This document shows positions 19,765 through 29,296 of a stretch of DNA of 64,000 nt, piece after piece. The position numbers and the translations under genes were made by a program. The notes under the pieces were generated by a model. The model was not told where the DNA came from. It searched no databases and worked only from the letters and a program-made list of their open reading frames with translations. Within the stretch, counting starts at the first letter, position 1; each line of letters starts with the position of its first letter. The DNA is from Gammaproteobacteria bacterium (GTDB lineage: Bacteria; Pseudomonadota; Gammaproteobacteria; Eutrophobiales; Eutrophobiaceae), in contig CBDCTH010000012.1 in assembly GCA_965222155.1 (NCBI GenBank), forward strand, positions 160,001-224,000, in the 5' to 3' direction.

Positions 19765-19795
19765 CAGGTGCTCCCGCTGAATCGAGGTCAATACA
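19765..19795. mobile_element. Truncated left end of MITE family A
   Basis: CAGGTGCTCCCGCTGAATCGAGGTCAATACA matches the left ends at 21466 and 39117. Confidence 0.7.
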
Positions 19796-19898
19796 GTGAT
19801 TTTCGATAACAAGCTACTGCCACTTGCCAAACTGACTGTATTTTTACTCTGACCCCAAATATCACCCAGGAGATAAGGGGGCATGTTTCTCTACCGCT

Positions 19899-21377
19899 AT
19901 GTCAAAAATAAAACTTGCCGCAAGCGTTATCCTGACCCGCGGACCTGCCGATAATTCCGAAGTGTACCTGGCGAGGCGCGCCCCGGAATTGAAATTCTTT
20001 GGCGGTTACTGGGTTTTTCCCGGAGGTAACGTTAACAAGGTCGATTATCATGAGGAGGGCGACCCCGAGGAGCTGGTCTTGAAACGTTGCGCTATCCGGG
20101 AAGTCCTGGAAGAAACGAACGTCCTGTCCGCCACTCTGGGCGAGGAATTCAGCCGGGAGCAGAAGCAGGCGTTAAAGAAACAGATAAAGGAGGCGCCCGA
20201 ACGATGGCAGCATTTCCTGGCGCGGTCTGACTCCGGTTTTGCACTGGTTACACCGCTGTTCCGCATTACCACGCCGCCATTTTTCCCCGTTCGTTTCGAT
20301 ACCCGGTTCTTGCACGTGCGCTGCCCGGAAAATGAAACGCCTGTCGTGGATAATTACGAACTGGTGGAAGGCCGGTTTGTCAAACCGCAGGAGGTTGTCA
20401 ATGCCTGGGACAGGGGAGAACTGGAAATCGCCCCACCTGCGCTGTTCCTGTTGCGGCTCATGGCGTCAGGTGGCCTGGAAGCGAGCATTGCCCGGGCCAG
20501 GCTTGAGACGGAACGCCTGGCGCGGGGCGGTTTACACCCGGCTTATTTCTCTCCGGGCATCTTCGTGGCGCCGTTGTCAACCCCGACGCTGCCACCGGCT
20601 ACCACCACCAATACCCTGATCGCAGGTACGGACAAACTGTATATCATCGACCCGGCGACTCCGGACCAGGCGGAACAACAACGCCTGTTCAACAAGATGG
20701 ACGAGATGATCAGCGAGGGTAAAACGTTTGCGGCCATCCTGTTGACGCACCACCACATTGATCACGTCGGCGCGGTCAATGCCGTCAGCCGGCATTACCA
20801 CCTGCCGGTCCGGGCCCACGCAGAGACATACCACAGGATTGACGCCGGATATATAAAAGGAGAACCGTTAACAGACGGCGACCGCCTGGAACTGGGTACT
20901 GCCCCCGATGGCGCCGGCGACTGGCATCTCAAAGTGATGCACACGCCCGGTCACGCGGTCGATCACCTGTGCTATATCGACAGCCGTTACCATGCTGCGA
21001 TAGTGGGTGACATGCTGTCTACCGTATCCACCATCCTGATTGACCCGCCGGAGGGGCACCTGCGCACTTATCTGGACAGCCTGAACAGGTTGCTCAGCAT
21101 TCCCATGCGTGCCTTGTACCCCGCCCATGGGCCGCCCCATCGTGACGGTCACAGCCTGCTCCGGCACTTTCTGAAACACAGACAGAAACGGGAAAATGCC
21201 GTTAAGGCCGCACTGACCGGTGCGCCGCGCAGTATTGATCAACTACTGCCGGACGTTTACACCGACGTATCTGAAAGCGTCTACCCAATCGCTTCCCGTT
21301 CCCTGTTAGCCGGCCTGATCAAACTGGAGGAAGATGGCTTCAGCAAACAACAGGGAGCCGAATGGCTCCTGGCCTGA
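19899..21377 (+). CDS. NUDIX hydrolase / LACTB2-like metallo-beta-lactamase fold fusion protein
   Basis: N-terminal FPGG..AIREVLEET Nudix box; THHHIDH, HTPGH, GD and PAHG MBL motifs. Confidence 0.85.
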   Translation: MSKIKLAASVILTRGPADNSEVYLARRAPELKFFGGYWVFPGGNVNKVDYHEEGDPEELVLKRCAIREVLEETNVLSATLGEEFSREQKQALKKQIKEAPERWQHFLARSDSGFALVTPLFRITTPPFFPVRFDTRFLHVRCPENETPVVDNYELVEGRFVKPQEVVNAWDRGELEIAPPALFLLRLMASGGLEASIARARLETERLARGGLHPAYFSPGIFVAPLSTPTLPPATTTNTLIAGTDKLYIIDPATPDQAEQQRLFNKMDEMISEGKTFAAILLTHHHIDHVGAVNAVSRHYHLPVRAHAETYHRIDAGYIKGEPLTDGDRLELGTAPDGAGDWHLKVMHTPGHAVDHLCYIDSRYHAAIVGDMLSTVSTILIDPPEGHLRTYLDSLNRLLSIPMRALYPAHGPPHRDGHSLLRHFLKHRQKRENAVKAALTGAPRSIDQLLPDVYTDVSESVYPIASRSLLAGLIKLEEDGFSKQQGAEWLLA

Positions 21378-21465
21378 GCTGCATACCCGCAGGTCTCACG
21401 ACCCGGCAGGGTAACGTCCGGGTCGGTGATAACAACCAGTTTCCCTGAATGCATGATCCTTCATG

Positions 21466-21634
21466 CAGGTGCTCCCGCTAAATCGAGGTCAATACAGAAG
21501 ACGGGGGGACCGGGGGGGACAGATTTAAAATCTGTCCCCTGGGAGTCACGGGGCATGTTTCCCTGGGAGAGAGGGCGTCTCGCCCTCCACGATGGCAGGA
21601 TGCCCTCGGTCCCGGGAGTTAGCGGGAACTGCTG
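21466..21634. mobile_element. MITE family A with 9-bp TSD, carrying REP-like hairpins
   Basis: Ends CAGGTGCTCCCGCTAA / TTAGCGGGAACTGCTG; flanks TCCTTCATG / TCCTTCACG. Confidence 0.85.
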
Positions 21635-21654
21635 TCCTTCACGCAATTCCAGGG

Positions 21655-21963
21655 TTACATCAGTTGTTCTTCAACCTGCACAACAGGGTTGATATTGGTG
21701 AAGTTGGGAATGTCTCCCATGATCTCCTGGGCATGGGCCTCCAGCGCCTGTTGAAACGCCTCCACACTGTCGAATTTAAGGCTGGCAACGGTGACGTAAG
21801 GTTCAGCAGCGCCGCCCGCGCCACTTAAACCCCGATAAACTTCCATGCCACGCAGCACGTCAGCCCATCTTTCCCCCACCAGGGGCATGTGAGTTTCCAG
21901 GTAGTAGTCATAGTCAAAATTACCGTTGTCTTGTTTGGGGTACATCACGTTGACTCTAATCAT
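21655..21963 (-). CDS. EthD-family protein
   Basis: MIRVNVMYP..FDYDYYLETHMPL..IMGDIPNFTN pattern. Confidence 0.88.
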   Translation of the reverse strand: MIRVNVMYPKQDNGNFDYDYYLETHMPLVGERWADVLRGMEVYRGLSGAGGAAEPYVTVASLKFDSVEAFQQALEAHAQEIMGDIPNFTNINPVVQVEEQLM

Positions 21964-21988
21964 TTTATTTCTCCATAACTGTTATAAG

Positions 21989-23575
21989 CTACAAGCTGTT
22001 TGCAACCAGGTAGCCGGAACCACCGCCCAGGCCCGGGCCGGGGTGGGTGGATGCGCCGATATGGTACAGGTTTTTTACCGGAGTGGCGTGGTTTTTCAGT
22101 GCCCGCAAGGGTCGCCACAGGAAGAACTGGTCCAGCGAACAGGCGCCACCGTAGGGGTCTCCTCCTACAAGGTTGATGTTGATAGCCTCCAGGTCGGCAG
22201 GAGACAGCACCGTTCTTGCAATGATGCTGTCTTTCAGGTTTGGAATATAGTGGGCCAATCTTTCAATGATCCTGTCGGCATAGGCCTCGCGTACCGCCTC
22301 GGTCCAGGCGCCATTTTCAGGTATATTGATTCCACCGGCAGCGGCGCCGCTGATATGTCGCGGGCATTCCTGCAATTGTATCCACAACAGACCTTTACCT
22401 GTGGGTACGCGGCTTGGGTCCAACGCCGCCGGCTGTCCGACAACGATGGTTGCCGTACTCGGTAACAGCCCGCAGTTTGCCTCATTTATTGAACGCGACA
22501 CAGCGTCCACGCCGGCCGTGATATGGGTGATCGCTACTTTTTCCAATCCGGGTGCGCACCATTGAGGCGCTTCCGACAAGGCCAGGTGGACCTGCATGTC
22601 GCTGTTGCCATAGCGGAAGGCCCGGGTCTGCGCAGCCACCGTCTCCGGTACCTCGGTCGGATCCAGTAGCCGTTCGTAGAGCTGGTTCGGAGTGACACTG
22701 CATATCACCTTGTGTGCGGTATATTCGGTCCCTGCCCGGGTTTTTACGCCTGTTGCACGGCCATTTTCCGTCATGACCCTGGTGACGTCCGCATCCACCT
22801 GTAGATCGCCGCCGTTGGCCTCAATTACCTGCTGAAAGGCCCGCACGATATTGTAGTTTCCACCCTTGACTACCGGGCAACCGACCATCTCCAGGGTGAA
22901 GGCGATTACCCTGGCCATTTGTGCGGAGGCCGGCGCATCCGGACCGATCCCGGCATGGGACGGCCAGCCGGCCAGGCAGGCGCTGACGGCGTTGGAAGTA
23001 AAGGTGGTATCCAGCCAGGCGCGTGCGGTTTGCAAGCTATGACCAAAATACTGCGCCAGTTTGAAGGGTCCCATTTTCACCAGGGACGACAGGATGACCT
23101 TCAGTGTGGACCAACGCCATAACTCGCTGCCCAGCAAGGTAAACGTCAGTCCCAGAGTTTGTTCCAGTTCCGCCATGGCCGCCCCATAGCGGTCACCGTC
23201 CCCGTTCGACAGGGCATTCATGTTATTGATGTTCTCCTCCCGTGAATTCTTCAGGATAAAAGCAGTATGGTCCGGTAATACCACTGCGGTAGGGCTGTCG
23301 GAATTACAGTATTCAAGGCCGTATTTTTCCAGGTCGTCTTTCAACTCGGCATAACCCGGGGACGTGACGAACAGGGGGTGCCAACTGGACAACACGTCGT
23401 GGATAAAGCCCGGCGCGGTGATCTCGTCAGTACGAATACAGCCACCCAGCCGGTCGTTGCGCTCCAGTACCAGTACCTTGTTGCCCTTCTTGCTCAATAA
23501 TGCTGCACAGACCAGGGCGTTGATACCGCTTCCCACAACGATGCAGTCGTATTTATTCACCTGATCCTTCCCCAT
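21989..23575 (-). CDS. Phytoene dehydrogenase-like FAD-dependent oxidoreductase
   Basis: VVGSGINAL..LERNDRLGG FAD-binding motif; C-terminal GASTHPGPGLGGGSG. Confidence 0.85.
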   Translation of the reverse strand: MGKDQVNKYDCIVVGSGINALVCAALLSKKGNKVLVLERNDRLGGCIRTDEITAPGFIHDVLSSWHPLFVTSPGYAELKDDLEKYGLEYCNSDSPTAVVLPDHTAFILKNSREENINNMNALSNGDGDRYGAAMAELEQTLGLTFTLLGSELWRWSTLKVILSSLVKMGPFKLAQYFGHSLQTARAWLDTTFTSNAVSACLAGWPSHAGIGPDAPASAQMARVIAFTLEMVGCPVVKGGNYNIVRAFQQVIEANGGDLQVDADVTRVMTENGRATGVKTRAGTEYTAHKVICSVTPNQLYERLLDPTEVPETVAAQTRAFRYGNSDMQVHLALSEAPQWCAPGLEKVAITHITAGVDAVSRSINEANCGLLPSTATIVVGQPAALDPSRVPTGKGLLWIQLQECPRHISGAAAGGINIPENGAWTEAVREAYADRIIERLAHYIPNLKDSIIARTVLSPADLEAININLVGGDPYGGACSLDQFFLWRPLRALKNHATPVKNLYHIGASTHPGPGLGGGSGYLVANSL

Positions 23576-24772
23576 TCCACGGCGCCCACATTGCTTTCAG
23601 GTCTTCCCAGGCAGGTTCCTGTTCGCCACCGGGCTGAAAACGGCAGCCCTCATGTTCATAAAACGGTCTGGTCCAGGTCCCCCGCTCAACCAGGGATTCG
23701 ATATTCCGGCGATAGATCTCGTCCACCTGTGCGTGGCGTTGCGGGTCCTGCTCCAGCCAGAGATTTTTCGGGTGTATGGGTTTATCGTACATACGCTGGA
23801 ATAATTCGGTGCGCAGGTCCTTCAGCCAGTTACTGTTCAGGTTCATCATACGGAATTGCCGCAAGGCTTCAATATCGATGGTGGCGCAGACCAGGGTGTT
23901 ATTGGCCGACGGGCTGTAAGACATGATCTCGCCGCGATAATCGACGATGTGGGCGTGCCCGCCGGTGATGTCTATGGCGTGTTTGGATGTGGCCGACAGG
24001 TAAATCGGACCGGCATTGGGACACAGCATGTACACCGAATTGAATTCCGCGTGCCCCCGGTTCTGGATCATCCAGGAACCGCCGCCGGGATAGCCGGAAC
24101 CGGTCATGGGCATGGCCTCACTGGGCCGGTACACCACTTCGGCGCCGCTGAAAGCCAATGCCCTTACCGCTTCCGGGTATTCGCCGTCGCTGCAGCAGAT
24201 GGTGCCTATGTTGCCGATGTCAGCGGTTTTCAGGACGGGGTAAAAGGCATCGATGTCATCGCCGAACGACTTGCTACCCAGCGGTCGTAGACATCGTGTG
24301 GGGTACAGGAACGTTCCCGGCACCAGATATGGTTTTTTGCCGCCTTGTGTACTACGTTGCCGCTGGGGCCAATTACGAACAAGGTGTTGAAAAACCGATC
24401 ATCCATGATCTCGGGCCAGCGCGCCTTGCACTGGCCGATGACGTAAGTGTCATAGAGTTTTGCCAGACGTCCCAGCCATGCGGTTTCCTCACCGGGGATA
24501 TCGATGAACAACTCCTTAGCCGCCAGGGTGTGGGGCAGGTCGAAGATCTCGTCGGTGAACCCCGTTAACGCGCCCTCCGCCAGAGCGATGATTTTCACCG
24601 GCATATTGATATTCACCATAGAGACGGCAGCGTGAATCACCTCCTCGATGTTTTCCAGGTTATGGCGGATATGTTTGCGGTCGGCTATCCCCGTGATGGC
24701 CGTAGACAGGCCGACAGCCATGTAGGGAGCGACAGGCTGGTTCTGTTGTTCAGTAGTCATTTTCTGGTTCAT
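23553..24772 (-). pseudogene. Nitrilase/amidase (carbon-nitrogen hydrolase) family gene with one frameshift near 24272
   Basis: Catalytic E (LAEG) and K (AAKNH) are in the upstream frame; C (ICCSDGEYPE) is in the downstream frame. The join reads ..VYDRWV / KSFGDDIDAFYPV. Confidence 0.8.
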
Positions 24773-24820
24773 CTATAGGTTATCATTATATTGATGTGAT
24801 CGGCAGGGCTGGATTTGTTG

Positions 24821-26017
24821 TCAGTATACGGATTTCCAGTCATCTCCCGGCATGATACGCTGCATAAACCCGTCAAACAGCGGCACCGTAAACGCCGTAT
24901 CACCGTGACTTGGACTCCAGATCATTCCTTTTGCAATAAGTTGGCTGCGTACAGGGGCAAGAGACGTTACCTCTCGCTTGAGCACATCAGCGATTAACCC
25001 TGAACGGTGAGGACCAGGGCCAAGTTCCGCCATGGCGCGTAGGTACCGCTTTTCAAATGGAGTCAATCGGTCAAAGCGCACGCGGAAGAATCCTTCATCC
25101 AGTGCAGCGATGACACTTTGTGAACTGGTTTTCACGTCTTCCAGAGTGATCGGCGATGAGGTAGCGGTATCCCATGCCTGTTTGCCCCATTCCTGCAAAA
25201 AATACGGGTAACCCTGTGTCTCAGAGATGATGTAATCCAACGCATCCGCATCAATGCTTTCACCTTCGGCGTCAGCAGGACCGATAATGGCAATACGCGC
25301 GGCTGTCGGGGATAATGGACCTACTTCAGGAAAATCGAACAACCGCTCAGCATAAGATTTAGCTCTGCCCATGCGGCCGCGTAATTGTGGCAGACCTGCG
25401 CCGGCGAGAACCACGGGCAAACGGCGCTGAGCCGAGCGGTGCAGCGCCATAATCAAGGCAGCCAGTTCGTCTTCACCTACGTATTGCAACTCATCGATAA
25501 ATAGCGCCAGACCTGTCCCGGCGCCACCGGCTGCCTGACCGGATACTTCGAGCAATGCCTGTAAATCCAATTCCAGGTCACCATTGTCCGCAAGTCCCGG
25601 TTCCGAGTCGAAGTCCAGCCCTACCTCAATGTCGTTGTATTTCAACTTTAAAGCAGTGACAAAACCAGTTAACCCGCGCAGGGCTTTGTGAGCCAGATTC
25701 TTTGCCTGCTCAATACGGGACAGGCGCAGTAGTGCCTGACGCAGTTGTGGGGCCAGAATTGCGGGGAGTGAGCGCCCTTCAGGCGCCTCTATGCGCAGAG
25801 TCTGAATAGCGGCTGCTTCTGCATAATCACACATCCTGTCAAGCAAAACGGTTTTTCCGACACCGCGTAAACCCACCATCAATACACTCTTGACCGGCCG
25901 GCCAAGACGCATACGTTCCAAGACGATACGCATACGTTCCAGCAATTCATCGCGGCCGGCTAATTGCAATGGTGGAGCGCCGGCGCCCGGCGTATAGGGA
26001 TTTCTGATAGGGTCCAT
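24821..26017 (-). CDS. AAA+ ATPase with C-terminal winged-HTH
   Basis: NPYTPGAG, Walker A GLRGVGKT, Walker B FIDELQ, GYPYFLQEWG, C-terminal wHTH. Confidence 0.88.
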   Translation of the reverse strand: MDPIRNPYTPGAGAPPLQLAGRDELLERMRIVLERMRLGRPVKSVLMVGLRGVGKTVLLDRMCDYAEAAAIQTLRIEAPEGRSLPAILAPQLRQALLRLSRIEQAKNLAHKALRGLTGFVTALKLKYNDIEVGLDFDSEPGLADNGDLELDLQALLEVSGQAAGGAGTGLALFIDELQYVGEDELAALIMALHRSAQRRLPVVLAGAGLPQLRGRMGRAKSYAERLFDFPEVGPLSPTAARIAIIGPADAEGESIDADALDYIISETQGYPYFLQEWGKQAWDTATSSPITLEDVKTSSQSVIAALDEGFFRVRFDRLTPFEKRYLRAMAELGPGPHRSGLIADVLKREVTSLAPVRSQLIAKGMIWSPSHGDTAFTVPLFDGFMQRIMPGDDWKSVY

Positions 26018-26032
26018 GAGCAAATTATAACT

Positions 26033-26073
26033 AAATTATCGAGTTTATAAAAATAACATAAACTCGATAATTT
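26033..26073. promoter_or_regulatory. Perfect 16-bp inverted repeat, putative operator
   Basis: AAATTATCGAGTTTAT-N9-ATAAACTCGATAATTT, 15 nt upstream of the ATPase-wHTH start. Confidence 0.65.
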
Positions 26074-26393
26074 TGATCAAATCAGTTTGTATAGGTATCC
26101 CGAAAAATAAATCTGTCCCTTTATGGCACAAGATGGTTACACAGAATATCTACAAAATAATTGTCAGTATCCTTTTTACTTGCTCGGTAATGGGTAGAAG
26201 AAGTACGTGCCAGTATCACAGCGAGTCCCTTATCCATTCCCAACTAACTGAAAAACTCCAAGGATACGGACTTTGCCGCATCCCCGGACCGGACCAACCG
26301 GACCGGACCAACCTTGTCGTGCCCGAAGGCCTGGGATATACTAAAAGTTACACAGCAAATACTACTATGTGCAGGGCAACGGTAAACTTTTCT

Positions 26394-28784
26394 TTATTGC
26401 CAGGTATAACGGACGGAGCCGCCGAACCAGCGCGGTTTGCCGTAGTGCAACTGGTTGAAACCGCCCGGGCCGGTAAAATCGAAGGTGTAGGTTAAGTATT
26501 CCTCGTTGGCAATATTGTTGACGAAGGCCGAGGCTGTCAAAGCCTCATTGGCGGACGTCCATTTCAACCTGAAGTTTCCCACGATATAATCATCAGCGAG
26601 CGAGATATCGTAATTCTGTATATCGTAGTAGGTTTCATCCTGGTAATAAAAACTGGCTACCAGCGCCATGGATCCGTTCCACGCCGGCCATTCATAGCGG
26701 ACCATGCCGTTTGCCGTAAAGTCGGGCGCCGCCACCATCGTCCTGTCTGTCGGGGTACGGGTAGCAGTAGTCTCAATATCCTTTGCCGTGGCGTCCAGGA
26801 ACGAGGCGCCCAGGATAAAGTCCCAGCCCTCCGCAGGGCTGGCCTGCAGCTCGATTTCGCCGCCGTATATTTCCGCATCGGAATTGAAAATAACCGCGTT
26901 GAAGGTAACAAACCGGAAGGTCTGAAAATCATTGTAGTCATAATAAAAGGCGGCAGCATTCAAGCGGGCGGCACCGCCCAGAATGGTAGCCTTGAAGCCG
27001 ACCTCATAGCTGGACAGCGTCTCATCATCGAACGGGACATCCTCCGGCGCATCCAGTCCGAAATTAGCGCTGGCATCAATAAATGTGCCGTTGAAGCCGG
27101 CCGACTTCACCCCCCTGGAATATTTGGCATAAACCAGGAGGTCATCATTGGGTTTCCAGTCCAGTTCCGCCAGTGCGGTGATATTGTTCTTGTCATGTTT
27201 TGCAATATCGCCGACGGTAGAAGTATTGAACAGCATCATCTGGTCGGGCGTCGGCCTGATGGCGCTGGGGTAATTGGGTAGTACGCCGACACCAGCACCG
27301 GCCCCAAGGTCCACCTCAGGAGGAGGCGCCGTCAGGAATCCGGTCAGGCCGCCTGCTATGTCCATGCTGCTGTAGTTCATGTCTTTCTCTTCTTGCGTGT
27401 ACCTCAGCCCGCCTATTACGGTCAGTTGTTCGGTCAAATCGAACTCAAACTGGCCGAAAGCCGACCAGGACTCCGTATCCTGTTGTGCATCAACGTCAAT
27501 GACAAAGAAATCGGGGATCAGGACCAGGCCATAGTCAGCCTCTACGTCCCAGTTGAAATAATACAGCCCGGTCTGCCAGCGCACCCGGTCAGACTCGCCG
27601 GCCAGACGCAGTTCCTGGGTAAACTGTTCCGTTATGGCGTAAAACTCAACCCGGACGAAATTGATGGGGGTGGAGTCGGTGTCTTCCTCCTGGGTACGGT
27701 CCACGTGGTCGAAGGCCGTTATAGACGTGAGAGTCAGGCCATCTCTCAGGTCCCAGTCGATGGCTGCCGATACGCCCGCGGCGGTGACCGCCGTATCACC
27801 GTCCCGGTCGAAGCTGCCTTTATGCGGATCGCCGTCCGTATCCCGGTAACCTAAACAGTCCGTGCCGACGACCTCGTAGGATATACCCGCGCCCGGGTCA
27901 AAACAATTGGGATTCGATTCGTTCGGCCCCAGGTTTACGCGATTATCGAAGTCATATCCACCTCCTGGAGCAGGAGCAAATCCGGTCGCCTGGTTTTGCC
28001 AACCACCCACCTGGCCCCGGTTGTGGGAATAATGGGCCTTGACCAGGGCTTCAACGTCATCGGAAGGCGTAACCAGCAACTGGATACGCCCGGCTTTGGC
28101 GTTGGTCTCGTTGAAATCGCCCGGTGACGTGCCCCTGATCGGATCTACGCCGTCATAGGTGTTCTCCACGTAACCCCCGTTCTTGTTGGTCGCAAAGGAA
28201 ACCCGCGCGGCCATGTTGTCACCGATAGGGCCGTTCACCATGCCTTCGGTCTTGAACGTACCGTAGGACTCAAGGCCTGCTTCCAGGTAGGCTTCAAACT
28301 CCCGGGTCGGTTTCCTGGAAATGAAATGCACCAGGCCACCGGACGTGTTGCGGCCGAACAGTGTTCCTTGGGGACCGCGCAGTACTTCCGCCCTATCCAC
28401 GTCGAAATTCTGCAGGTGCAGACCACCGATCGCGGCGCGGTAGACACCGTCAAAATAAACGGCTACCGGGTTCTCGTTAAAATCGGATACTTCATTCAGA
28501 CCGACGCCTCTCAGGAAGAAATTGACCTGGCTGCCTTCGGCATTGGGCACCGTATATTGCAGGCCGGGGGTCATGGTCGTGAGATCAACGGTATCAGCCA
28601 GGCCCAGTTCCTTGATCTGCTCACCGGAGTAAGCGGTTACGGAAATGCCTACATCCTGCAGGTTCTGTTCCCGTTTTTGCGCGGTAACGATTATTTCTTC
28701 CAGAACCTGTGCGCCTGTGTTGATAGGAACGAGCAGTGGCAGGATTAAAATAATGCTTAAAAGATAAAGGTCAGACGATCTCAT
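26394..28784 (-). CDS. TonB-dependent receptor
   Basis: Signal peptide from MRSSDL, LEEIIVTAQKREQ, EVLRGPQGTLFGRNTSGG, C-terminal VRYTWQ. Confidence 0.93.
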   Translation of the reverse strand: MRSSDLYLLSIILILPLLVPINTGAQVLEEIIVTAQKREQNLQDVGISVTAYSGEQIKELGLADTVDLTTMTPGLQYTVPNAEGSQVNFFLRGVGLNEVSDFNENPVAVYFDGVYRAAIGGLHLQNFDVDRAEVLRGPQGTLFGRNTSGGLVHFISRKPTREFEAYLEAGLESYGTFKTEGMVNGPIGDNMAARVSFATNKNGGYVENTYDGVDPIRGTSPGDFNETNAKAGRIQLLVTPSDDVEALVKAHYSHNRGQVGGWQNQATGFAPAPGGGYDFDNRVNLGPNESNPNCFDPGAGISYEVVGTDCLGYRDTDGDPHKGSFDRDGDTAVTAAGVSAAIDWDLRDGLTLTSITAFDHVDRTQEEDTDSTPINFVRVEFYAITEQFTQELRLAGESDRVRWQTGLYYFNWDVEADYGLVLIPDFFVIDVDAQQDTESWSAFGQFEFDLTEQLTVIGGLRYTQEEKDMNYSSMDIAGGLTGFLTAPPPEVDLGAGAGVGVLPNYPSAIRPTPDQMMLFNTSTVGDIAKHDKNNITALAELDWKPNDDLLVYAKYSRGVKSAGFNGTFIDASANFGLDAPEDVPFDDETLSSYEVGFKATILGGAARLNAAAFYYDYNDFQTFRFVTFNAVIFNSDAEIYGGEIELQASPAEGWDFILGASFLDATAKDIETTATRTPTDRTMVAAPDFTANGMVRYEWPAWNGSMALVASFYYQDETYYDIQNYDISLADDYIVGNFRLKWTSANEALTASAFVNNIANEEYLTYTFDFTGPGGFNQLHYGKPRWFGGSVRYTWQ

Positions 28785-28919
28785 TATGTGCCCCCGATAG
28801 TAGAATGACTCGATTTTCATTATCCTTGTGTCGCTTATGCAACAACGGGTCAGACTAACAAGTATAGTCCGATAAAATCCAAATTGTAAGTATAATCTGG
28901 TGAGATTCAAAATAAAACA

Positions 28920-29125
28920 CAGGGCAACCGCATACTTTTGAATTCAGACGTTTTTGCCCGATTCCGTCATTCTGGCGCAGGCCGGAATCCAGTGAATAAC
29001 CCTTCATTACCCTGATCATGCGCTGTTGTTTGACTGGATGCTGGCATTCGCCAGCATGACGGGCGGCGTTGTCCGGTTGGTTTCCTGTCGTCTGCAACAG
29101 AATCCAAAAGTATGCGGTTGCCCTG
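28920..29125. mobile_element. MITE family B with 21-bp TIRs and 10-bp TSD
   Basis: CAGGGCAACCGCATACTTTTG...CAAAAGTATGCGGTTGCCCTG, flanked by AAATAAAACA on both sides. Confidence 0.92.
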
Positions 29126-29216
29126 AAATAAAACAGGCGAGAGCGTGATATTCATGTTACCGGTTCAGCCGCTTGATGTAGTCAATATACAACAAAGAAC
29201 CGGATTAAACAGAAAA

Positions 29217-29290
29217 GGGGACAGAATTAATTCCGTCCCCAATCTCCGCTCAGCATTAAACAGAAAGGGGACGGACTTAAGTCCGTCCCC
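29217..29290. repeat. Tandem pair of GGGGAC..GTCCCC REP-like hairpins
   Basis: Two hairpins, each preceded by ATTAAACAGAAA, just downstream of the Rieske gene stop. Confidence 0.75.
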
Positions 29291-29296
29291 TTTTCC

